The notes under the pieces were generated by a model. It had not been told where the DNA came from and did no database searches. It saw only the letters and a list, made by a program, of their open reading frames with translations. Made by a program: the position numbers and the translations under genes. A DNA stretch of 64,000 nt from the human T2T-CHM13v2.0 reference genome, Homo sapiens. Positions within the stretch are counted from its first letter, which is position 1, and the number at the start of each line of letters is the position of its first letter. Positions 34,140 to 45,049 of this stretch are shown here, piece by piece. The DNA lies in the NCBI RefSeq assembly GCF_009914755.1, contig NC_060925.1; one strand, given 5' to 3'.

Positions 34140-35114
34140 GGCCAGTTGTGAGGGAGGGGAGATGCTCATGGTGTCATATCACAAATAAACCACACTAGCA
34201 GGTGGTATCTATTAACAGAGCCTCTTTTTTTTCCTGGATCAGGGGTGGGGATATTGCTTTCTCACTGTCTCTGTCCTCTGGGCTTCCTGGTAGACCTCAG
34301 GGTGTACTCACAGGACAAGAAAAGCACTTCCCCCTAAGCTGTCCTGTAGAGTAGATCTAGGAAGTGGGGAAGGGATCCAGTGTGGTTGTGGACAGATTGA
34401 AACAGAGCTAGCTGGTGAGTCGGTGGGCAAGTCCAAACTTGTCTTAGGGGCCTGAATCAACCCTCAGCTGGAAAGTGGAAAAGGCGATGTTCCAGGAGTT
34501 AAGAGTCATGGTCACTGTGATTTACACAGAGATACTTTCAGAGACTCCAAACTGGTGTTCTATTTCTCTTGTTTTTGTTTCTCTGACCTACTATTAACCT
34601 CTTTGACAAGTCAGACAAACCTTAATTTAGCTCCAGCTCCTGTTGCATAATTGTTGACCCTTTGGTAAATTACTTAAAGAGTCTTACTTCAGTTTTCTCC
34701 TTAGTGTAATCAGGATAATTGTGGATACCTTACAGACTACCTGTGAGAATTAAATGAGATGATACATAGAAAGGCCTATAAAATGTATTCAATAAACACA
34801 TGCTCCCATCCCTTCAGGGTTCCAGAGGGAGTACCTGTGATGCAGCATATACTCTGCTGCCCTCATTGAGGCACCTGCAAAATCAGGCTGGAATTCCTTG
34901 CTGGCTGGATGTGCTTGGGGGTTTCTTATATTAAATCACATATCTCAGAGGCCTCCTATTAAGTACTTGTTCCTTGGACAGGCTAACTCTGGAGTGGCCT
35001 ACTTCTGGAACTTCATGGGACTTTGCCTTGTCCTCTCTTTTTTTGGCAGAGGGTGGGTGTCATCCAACTAACTATTCCTTTCTATTCCCCTGGTGAGTGA
35101 GATTACTGAGGTAA

Positions 35115-35538
<424 letters not shown>

Positions 35539-36994
35539 CACTTGGTTCTTACTGAACGGATGGAATTTAAGTAATATTAGTAAGCATTCTGAATGCCCTC
35601 TCAATGTACAGTCTGCCCACCCAATGGCTATTACTATCAGCTTTTCACTAATATATTGAAGGGGGACAGATGCCTACAGGAATAGTCTCAACAAGGGCTG
35701 TTCCCTTTAAGAGACCCAGAAATCCCTGGCAAGAACCAGATGCCTGACATAACCTCTGCAGATCTTTACCCCCAATACCCTTGTAATCAGACTCCGTAAA
35801 ACACAGAACAAGAGAGCTTTGATGAGTGATGAGGTAGGCAGCTTTTCTGCACAGCCTTCTGTCTGCTTGAAACAATCCTCCGGAGCTCAGTTTCAGTTCA
35901 GGTGAGGTTACTGCAGGGCTGGTTGGCATTGGTGGTTGACAGGGAGAGAGATGAGGATGAAGAGGGTGAGAATTGCGCTTACAGATCACCTGAGATCATC
36001 TGCAAAGGACATACTGATATTTGTAAAAACAGCAACAAAAATGTAGATGGGGACAGATTGTGGAGCCTCGACTACTTTAAGGCAAAGCTAAACGCACCAT
36101 TTACCCATCCTCATTGCTTCAAGAACATTTCAGCATCATAGTTCTGATCCTGATTTGCCTCTGATTTATCTGCAGCTCACGTGAAAACTCTAGACCCCCT
36201 CTCCCCATAATGATGCATTACATAGCATTACATAGCATAGACAGAAAGCATTGTTGCAACTGTGCTATTTGGGAATGAATTTGGGGCACACATAAGGAAA
36301 GGCATAATATAGGTGCTCCTTTTCTGTGGGATTGGAGTCACTGTCACATCCTAATGCATTTGGAGCTGAGCAGGCTTGCAGAGGGAAAAGATGAAAGAAA
36401 TGGCTCCATTCTGACTCAGATGGGGATTGGGACATAACTTCAGCAGGATACACACTGCAAGCCTTCTCTGAGCTGAAAATCAGTCTGGCTTTGGCATACT
36501 GCTTCCTGTGAGTGCCAGGTCTCTTGTCAGTAACAAATGCAGTGCTGCATTTGAGGCAGATCTGTTCGCATCTATAGCTGCCTTTGCAGCAGTTCCAGAG
36601 AGAGTGTTTGCTAGCTCCATACAAGGACCCTGACCAGCCAGAAATCTGCATGCTAGAGCTTAACCAGAAGTATTTCTAGCTATGACACTATAGAGGCACT
36701 ACAGCATCTATGAAGATTAAGCAACACAGATATGAGTGATATTTGTTAGTGAAAAAAATCTCTTTCCAAGTCTTCTTAAAAAATGATTTTCATTCTGTGA
36801 TATTGGAAACTGTGAAATCTGATTGACAGTGAATGGTTTGCCTGCCCAGAAGTTCTGGTGCTTGTTTTGTTTTGATTGCTACCATTTGACCTTGGGAGAT
36901 TTTCTTCCTATCTCCATTAAAATATCCTGACCTTCATCCTACTTCATGAAGATGGTAAACAACATTTTGAAATGATGGGGAAAAATGCAAAAAG

Positions 36995-37145
36995 TAGGAG
37001 CATGGTCTCTAAAGTCAGTCTCTTGGGGTTTGAATCCCAGCTTCACCACTTAAAAGTTTGACTTCTTCAAGACTCTGTTTTCTCATTTTTAAAATGGGGA
37101 TGAGGTAGTACCTGCCTCATAGGATGGTTGGGGTGATAATTCATT
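36995..37145 (+). mobile_element. MIR
   Basis: ggtttgaatcccagcttcaccactt...ttttctcatttttaaaatggggat...acctgcctcatagg. Confidence 0.75.
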
Positions 37146-37486
37146 TGGGCCCTCTGCCAGAAGACAACCCAGATTCTGGCTCTGTGCCACTAGAAACATA
37201 GTAATATAAATGGTAGATAGGAATGTTATTATTTTTAATAAGCAGCTTCTCATAAGTGATTCAGCAGATTCCTGGTTCACAATGTTCTTTAATGGTGTAA
37301 AAAGGGTTGGCATTTTTGGAGGTGCCTCACATCCTATGGCCAGTTTAGACTTTAGGCTTTTTTGTTCAGGGCTTTCAATTTCCCAGGGCACGGGGAATAA
37401 GTAAGTGGAAGGTGGGTGAATATTGGCATGCATGGTGGCTTATTTAGGGCGGTCTTTCTGACTGTCTTCTCTTGTTTTTGTTGTAG

Positions 37487-37679
37487 AGATCCGTGCTCAG
37501 CTCACAGAGCAGATGAAATGCCTGGACCAGCAGTGTGAGCTTCGGGTGCAACTGTTGCAGGACCTCCAGGACTTCTTCCGAAAGAAGGCAGAGATTGAGA
37601 TGGACTACTCCCGCAACCTGGAGAAGCTGGCAGAACGCTTCCTGGCCAAGACACGCAGCACCAAGGACCAGCAATTCAA
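37487..37679 (+). CDS. SRGAP2: SRGAP2 internal coding exon (second coding exon, c.68-260), N-terminal part of the F-BAR domain, aa ~23-87
   Basis: Branch-like CTGAC at 37458-37462, pyrimidine tract and TAG at 37484-37486, then a 193-nt stop-free exon and donor CAA|gtaggg at 37680. The translation IRAQLTEQMKCLDQQCELRVQLLQDLQDFFRKKAEIEMDYSRNLEKLAERFLAKTRSTKDQQF matches my recollection of human SRGAP2. Confidence 0.97.
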
Positions 37680-37884
37680 GTAGGGGCTCTGTGGCTATTA
37701 CTCTCTGAGACCTTGGAATATGGGGTCCAGGGTGGAGGGGGGCAGGGTATGCCACTTAGATCCAGCTGAATTCAGGAGCCCCTGGCTTCAGATTGGTTGA
37801 AAGCCCTCAAGGACTTCTCGTTTTCCAGATCAGTCTTATGTGCAATTCAACATTTCGTAGAGATGAGAGTAGATGATGAACCAT

Positions 37885-38075
37885 GCTAATAATAACAGCA
37901 AACTTGTTTATAGCTCTGTTGCCAGGCATGCTACTAAGGGCTTTACATATATGTTAGTTTGCTTAATCCCAACAACTCCATATGATGGTTATTGTTATTA
38001 TCCCCAATTTATAGATGAGGAAACTGAGGCATAAAAAGGTTAAGGGGCTTAACTCAGGGTCTATCTTAATCTCTG

Positions 38076-38130
<55 letters not shown>

Positions 38131-38205
38131 CACACACCCCTAGTAAATAGTAGAGCTGGAATTCAAACCCAGGCAGTCTGGCTGCAGGGTCTATATTTTT
38201 AACCA
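37885..38205 (-). mobile_element. MIR containing a (CT)n(CA)n microsatellite
   Basis: tatagatgaggaaactgaggc...agagctggaattcaaacccaggcagtctg. Confidence 0.8.
38071..38137. repeat. Compound (CT)n(CA)n microsatellite
   Basis: Direct reading. Confidence 0.95.
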
Positions 38206-38417
38206 TTTCACCAAACTGTCTTTAATTAGAAGAAGTAAATGATGTTGAGGCCATTACATCTAAATCCCTGTCTAGGTAGCTGCTAAGGTCTATTTCTTCT
38301 ACATTTAGTTTATTTTATACAACTGGCCCATTCACTTGGTTCCCAGTGCCATTGCCCTAGTTTAGATCATCATCTTTTTTGCCTGAATGATTGCAGTATT
38401 TACTATATCTTCTATAG

Positions 38418-38597
38418 CAGAGATTTTCAACCCTGGCTGCATATTAGAATTCCCTGGAGAACTTTAAAAAAAATACAGAAATCTGGGCCCCACTCCAGAC
38501 CAATTAAATGAGAATCTCTGGGAGTGAGGCCTGGGTAACAGGGTGGTGTAAAAGCTTCCCAGGTGATTCTAATGAACAGCCAGCATTGAGGATCACA
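38418..38597. mobile_element. MER5A-like hAT MITE
   Basis: ctggctgcatattagaattccctggaga...ccaggtgattctaatg. Confidence 0.75.
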
Positions 38598-38605
38598 GTC
38601 CACAG

Positions 38606-38824
38606 CAGGGGTGTCCAATCTTTTGGTCTCCCTGGGCCACATTGGAAGAAGAAGAATTGTCTTGGGCCACCCATAAAATATGCTAATACAATAGCTGATG
38701 AGCTTAAAAAAAATTGCAAAAAAACCTCATAATATTTTAAGAAAGTTTACAAATTTCCATTGGGCTGCATTCAAAGCCATCCTGGCCCCCATGCAGCCCA
38801 CAGGCCGTAGGTTGGACAAGCTTG
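38606..38824. mobile_element. MER30 hAT MITE
   Basis: caggggtgtccaatc...ggttggacaagcttg termini; 8-bp TSD GTC(C/T)ACAG. Confidence 0.85.
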
Positions 38825-38959
38825 GTCTACAGTTTCTCTCCATTCCAATCTGCCTGCTCCATTGTGATCGGAGTTAATCTTCCTGGAACACACTGGCGAT
38901 CAGAGAATTTCTTTCTGCAAAACTTTCAATGTCTCTCCATTGTCTATGTTCTTTTTATT

Positions 38960-39270
38960 ATGATTATTATTATTTTTAGAGATAAGGTCTTGCTCTGTCA
39001 CCCAGGCTGAAGTACAATAGCGTGATCTTGGCTCCCTGCAGCCTCAAACTCTTGGGCTCTAGTGATCCTCCTGCCTCAGCCTACCTCCTGAGTAGCTGGG
39101 ACTGCAGGTGTGCACCATCATACCCAGCTATTTTTATTTTATTTTAATTTTTGTAGAGACAGGGTTTCGCTATGTTGCCCAGTTTGGTCTCAAACTCCTG
39201 GCCTTAAGTGATCCTCCCACCTCATCCTTCCAAAGTGCTGGAATTACAGGTGTGAGCCACCACACCCAGC
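38960..39270 (-). mobile_element. AluJ
   Basis: Antisense dimer. Confidence 0.9.
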
Positions 39271-40354
39271 CCATCTATGTTTTTGATATCAAATTGTAGT
39301 TTCTCAGTGTCAGCATCATCTGTACTGTTAGAAATGCAGTATCTCAGGTCCTACTCCAGTCCTACTATAACAAGATCCCACAACATAGCATGTGATTTGT
39401 GTGCACATTGACATTTGGGAAATGCTGTTCCATTCACAAAGGTGCACGCTTTTTGGCTTGGTCTTTAAGCCCCTCTACATCTGGAAAGCCTCAAACAGGT
39501 TTCCAACCTTATTTCTTGTTTCTGTTCCACTATACCCGAGCCAAACAGAACATTCACTCCAGTGGGTCACTGGCATCCTGTTACTTGAGGTTATGTGGTC
39601 AGTCTTTCCATCTTTGCATGTCTAAGCCATGCCCATGTCTTAAGACCCATCTCAGGTGCTCCCTGTTCCAGGAAACTTTCCTGATTCTCCCAGAAGGAAG
39701 AAAGTTCTCCATCTTCTGAATTCTTACAGCATTTTATTTGTTCTTCTCTTAGGGCATTCAGCACTATCTACCTTCTGTTATCTTCTCTGAGTGGACTGTA
39801 TAAGTTAGTTTGATCTTCTGGTGTCCCACGGTGCCTAGTATAATATGTGGTGTATAGTAGATGCGCACTAAATATTGTGGAATAAATAAATGAATGAATG
39901 AATTTGAAATTAGTGCCAAGTGTATCTTATTTTCCCCATTTTCTATTTTTGTTTATTGCCTTAATAATACAGGACACAAATTATCCTTTAAAAGCCAGCT
40001 CTGTGCAATGAAGATGGGGTTAAGGTTGAGGAGAACATGACATCTCAAAATAAGCCAGAATGAAAATTTCCTCCAGAGGTTTTTTTCCTCAGAGTTTCTT
40101 ATCTTTCCCAAGTCTTATTCTCTTTATGATAAGAGAATCATCTGATAAAAAAATGTTATTTTAGTATGTGATAAATGAAGACTTAGGGGAGGAATCATTT
40201 GCTTTAGAAAATGATTCAAAGTTGGATTTATTCTGTTGGTAATCTCATCCTAAATTTAAAATAGCATTTGATTTTTAGTACTATATCATATTCTCAGCTT
40301 ATGGACGTATTTGTTACAAATTAAGGTTCAGATGTGTTAATCTCCAAGTCATCT

Positions 40355-42225
40355 TGTGTCCGGAATTGGTGGGTTCTTGGTCTCACTGACTTCAAGAATG
40401 AGGCTGCGGACCCTTGCGGTGAGTGTTACAGCTCTTAAGGTGGTGTGTCTGGAGTCTGTCCCTTCTGATGTTCAGATGTGTTCGGAGTTTCTTCCTTCTG
40501 GTGGGTTCGTGGTCTCGCTGGCTCAGGAGTGAAGCTGCAGACCTTCACGGTGAGTGTTACAGCTCTTAAGGCAGCGCGTCTGGAGTTGTTCGTTCCTCCC
40601 GGTGGGCTTGTGGCCTCGCTGGGCTCAGGAGTGAAGCTGCAGATCTTTGCGGTGAGTGTTACAGCTCATAAAAGCAGCGTGGACCCAAAAAGTGAGCACT
40701 AGCAAGATTTATTGCAAAAAGCAAAAGAACAAACCTTCCACCGTGTGGAAGGGGACCCGAGCGGGTTGCCAATGTTGGCTCGGGCAGCCTGCTTTTAGTC
40801 TCTTATCTGGCCCCACCCACATCCTGCTGATTGGTAGAGCCGAGTGGCCTGTTTTGTCAGGGTACTGATTGGTGCATTTACAATCTCTGAGATAGATACA
40901 AAGGTTCTCCACCTCCCCATCAGATTAGTTAGATACAGAGTTTTGACACACAGGTTCTCTAAGGCCCCACCAGAGCAGCTAGATACAGAGTGTCGATTGG
41001 TGCATTCACAAACCTTGAGTTAAACACAGGGTGCTGATTGGTGTGTTTACAAACCTTGAGCTAGATACAGAGTGCCGATTGGTGTATTTACAATCTCTGA
41101 GCTAGACATAAAGGTTCTCCACATCCTCACCAGAGCAGCTAGATACAGAGTGTCGATTGGTGCACTCACAAATCTTGAGCTAAACACAGGGTGCTGATTG
41201 GTGTATTTACAAACCTTGAGCTAGATTCAGAGTGCCGATTGGTGTATTTACAGTCCTTGAGCTAGACATAAAGGTTCTCCATGTCCTCACCAGAGCAGCT
41301 AGATACAGAGTGTCGATTGGTGCACTTACAAACCTTGAGCTAAACACAGGGTGCTGATTGGTGTGTTTACAAACCTTGAGCTAGATATAGAGTGCCGATT
41401 GGTGTATTTACAATCCTTGAGCTAGACATAAAGGTTCTCCACGTCCTCACTAGAGCAGCTAGATACAGAGTGTCGATTGGTGCACTCACAAACCTTGAGC
41501 TAAACACAGGGTGCTGATTGGTGTATTTACAATCCCTGAGCTACATATAAAGACTCTCCATGTCCCCACCAGACTCAGGAGCCCAGTTGGCTTCATCTAG
41601 TGGATCCCGCACCGGGGCTGCAGGTGGAGCTGCCTGCCAGTCCTGCGCTGTGCGCTCGCATTCCTCAGCCCTTGGGTGGTCGATGGGACTGGGCGCCATG
41701 GAGCAGGGGGTGGTGCTCATCGGGGAGGCTCCGGCCGCACAGGAGCCCATGGAGTGGGTGGGAGGCTCAGACATGGCGGGCTGCAGGTCCCGAGCCCTGC
41801 CCCGCGGGAAGGCAGCTAAGGCCCAGTGAGAAATCGAGCACAGCGCCGATGGGCCGGCACTGCTGGGGGACTCAGTACACCCTCCGCAGCCACTGGCCCG
41901 GGTGCTAAGTCCCCCATTGCCCGGGGCCAGCAGGGCTGGCCGGCTGCTCCGAGTGCGGGGCCCACCAAGCCCACGCCCACCCGGAACTCCAGCTGGCCCG
42001 CAAGCGCCGCACGCAGCCCCGGTTCCCGCTCGTGCCTCTCCCTCCACACCTCCCTGCAAGCTGAGGGAGTGGGCTCCAGCCTTGGCCAGCCCAGAAAGGG
42101 GCTCCCACAGTGCAGGGGGGGGTGCTGAAGGGCTCCTCGAATTCCATTAAAGTGGGAGCCCAGGCAGGGGAGGTGCCGAGAGCAAGCGAGGGCTCTGAGG
42201 ACTGCCAGCATGCTGTCACCTCTCA
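40355..42225 (-). mobile_element. Solo LTR12C (HERV9/ERV9 LTR), 1871 bp
   Basis: On the minus strand it begins TGAGAGGTGACAGC and ends AATTCCGGACACA (TG...CA). 4-bp TSD ATCT at 40351-40354 and 42226-42229. GC-rich 5' U3, CCAAT tandem array and U5 repeats are all present. Confidence 0.95.
40708..41560 (-). promoter_or_regulatory. LTR12C enhancer/promoter: 13 CCAAT (NF-Y) boxes, GATA-like sites, variant TATA-like box, and R-region AATAAA
   Basis: ATTGG at 40830, 40868, 40996, 41037, 41078, 41156, 41197, 41238, 41316, 41357, 41398, 41476 and 41517; TTTATT at 40708-40713. Confidence 0.75.
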
Positions 42226-43096
42226 ATCTGAATTGTTCTAATTAAGATCACATACTAGGAATAGGGTGATTTCTCCAAGTTTAGAAGAATTGATTTATTT
42301 TCTGATAAAGATGGTGCTTGGCAACATTTTTTCCTCAAATAACCAGTGAGTATTTATTGATTGACCAGTTCTGTGCTTGTACAAGGCATTGGAAAATACA
42401 AGAGAAGTTTAGGGAGTCATTATGTGGTTGGAGAGAAGATTTTGAATACAGGAAGCAATTAGAGCATAAAGCAGTAATGATCTCATTAATTGGTGTTATG
42501 TACAACATAGATCTGATGAGAGGTCAGAGATGGTTAAAGGTTCTGGAATAGTCTGGAAAGTTGTCATGAAGCAGGTGGGACCTAGGCTTGAGAGGTAGAT
42601 TTGTGTGGCAGAGGAGAGAACAGCAAGTGCAGGTGAGAGGAAGCAGGAATATTTGGTGATGAGAGGGTGTAGGGGCTAGTGTGGGATCCAGCTTTATTAA
42701 AGGGAAGGTTCCTAACACATTCATCTAACTGATTTCCATTGCACATTCCTTGAACTCCTTTGTGCCTTGGAGTGTAGCAGGGAACAAACTGCTACACTTA
42801 GCACTTAGCACTTAGATGAAGAAATGGGCATTTAACAAATCACACAATTAGATATGTAATTTAAAGTTGGGGTAAGTGTTGTGGAAGGAAAGTATTTAAT
42901 ACAAGGTGGCACAAGAACCTGGAAGAGGGCAACTTTTCCACTTTATAACTGGTTTACTCCAATAGCTTCCTGCCTGATCGTATTCTGGGTAACAATCAGT
43001 CTACTTATTCAACAAATTACTTTTAAATACCTACTGAGTACTGTGCTCTGTGTTGATTCCTATAGGAACTAACATAAACTTAGGAATTCCTGTTTA

Positions 43097-43390
43097 AGCG
43101 GAGCATGGTGACTTATGCCTGTAACCCCAGCACTTTGAGAGGGTAAGATAGGAGGATCTCCTGAGGCCAGGAGTTTGAGACCAGCCTAGGCAACATAGCA
43201 AGAACCCATCTCTACAAAAAATAAAAAATTAGCTCAGCATGGTGATGCACGCCTGTAGTCCTAACTTCTCAGGAGGTGGGAAGATCGCTTCACTCCAGGA
43301 GTTGGAGCCTACAGTGAGCTATGACTGCACCGCTGCACACCAGCCTGGGTGACAGAGTGAGACCCTGTGTCTTAAAAAAAAAAAAAAAAA
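43097..43390 (+). mobile_element. AluJ
   Basis: Diverged dimer with poly-A. Confidence 0.88.
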
Positions 43391-45049
43391 ATCCCTGGTT
43401 AACAGGGAAAAGAGCTATGTAAATAGTATAATGTGAAAAGAGCTTTAGTAGAGATATGAGAACACAGCTATTTTCAAGAGCAGTGGAAAATAAGGTTAAA
43501 TAAGTAGAGTAGACCCCAAATGATAGCTCTTTGATAGCAAGCAGAGAAGTTCAGATTGGATGTGGCAGCATTTTAGTGGGTCCTCTGGGTTCTTAGGTGG
43601 GGAGAGAGACACGAGGAAAACAGAAGGCCAGGATGAAGGTTTTGGGGTAATCTACACACAAAGTAAGAGCAAAAAAAAAAAAAAAAAGTTGGGGGAGTGG
43701 AAAGGAAGTAGGAATATATTCAGAAGGTATTCAAGAAACTAAATAGGACTGGATAACTGACTGGATAAAGCATAGAACCATAATGGTCAGAGGTGACCCA
43801 GTGTCTCTACCCTGGTGACCTAGAAGAATTGTGGCATTCACGATAGAAGTGGGGGTGTTGAGGGAAGATCTGTTTTGAATGGTGATCCTACTTTGAACGT
43901 TTTGGGTGTAGAGCAGTACGAGGCCATCAGGTATCCAGGTGGAGACGGCATACTGCTGAGGTAAGAGGTTATGACTGGGGATAGCTAGCAGAATCTTCGG
44001 AGTAAAAGTGATTGTGGGAGAGATGAAAGTATATGAATTCAGGGAAGAGAAAGAGGAGAACAAAGAACTAAATCCAGGACCCCAGGCTTAGACAATAAAA
44101 GTTTTGCATTGGTAGTAAAAGTTACTATGAGGAGAAGCAAAAGCTACCTGAAGAGAGAGAGAATAGTTTTGTTTTTTAAGGCAAAGGGTAGAAGGTAAGG
44201 TGGGAAAGTGGCGTCTGATGGAACTAGAAGTGTTTTAAGTAGAAGATCTGTAAGAGCAATTTCTTATTGATACTCTCTCATGTATAAGGTATTGTGAGAG
44301 ATGCAAAGATGACTAAAACAAGCCCCAAACCCAGATGTTTTCAATCTCTTAGGGTGAAACATATGAAATTGCTGGGTTTTTTTGTAAGGCAAAATGGCAA
44401 TTTCATATGGTACAGCCTGGTAGAAGAGGAGATAGAACATATGTACAAATGCATTTAATACAGGCAAGGTGGTGAGAAACTCAATAAGAGAGGCTCAGGC
44501 AACATCCTACTTTCATGCATAATTTATTCCTAAAAGTGTATACAGAAGTCAAATGGTTGAATGTCTAACTACAGTTTTATGTGGGGTAGGTAGGTTCTAT
44601 TATTATAAATAAGTGTATATGTGAAATTCGAAATTATCCCTCACCTGATATATTTTTAGCATTGTATACCTTGTCTTTAGTTCTGTTTGTTTTTCCACAA
44701 TTAAACTCGTGGCCTGCCTGCTCAAGTTCAGTGAATACCTAAAGAGTCCACGTAGCTGATGAGTTCTGCCCTTATCTTAGTAGTACAGTGATGAGACCTC
44801 TACTTCTCAATGCAACATTAGTAACAGCACTTTTGTTTTTCCATTTCCACTCATTTTTGTGTTGCAAAAGATAACCAAGTGTTAAAATGTGTGCACAGCA
44901 CAAGCATTGCTGTGCAGAGACAACCATCCTGCTGAAACAGAATTGGTACCTGGCAGTCAGCATCACTAAGACAAGCTTGAAACATTTGCTGGCAACTGAA
45001 AATTTGACATTGGCATAGGAAAGGCATCTTAGGCATGTCTGATTTGGTA

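Noticed and set aside
33915-34169. Lys/Glu/Arg-rich and Ser/Phe-rich ORFs
   Set aside because: They are artefacts of the polypyrimidine tract.
37487-37679. Assignment to SRGAP1, SRGAP3 or ARHGAP4
   Set aside because: The peptide (IRAQLTEQMKCLDQQCELRVQLLQ...STKDQQFK) matches SRGAP2 as I recall it; the paralogues differ at several of these positions.
37444-37755. 103-aa minus-strand ORF over the exon
   Set aside because: It is the antisense shadow of the SRGAP2 coding exon.
40860-41560. Regularly spaced repeats resembling a CRISPR array
   Set aside because: The intervening sequences are themselves repeated rather than unique spacers, there are no cas genes, and this is the known ERV9 LTR enhancer array in primate DNA.
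41541-42226. Cluster of overlapping 80-172 aa GC-rich ORFs
   Set aside because: They lie in the GC-rich U3 of LTR12C, where stop codons are rare by composition; no gag/pol/env similarity is visible.
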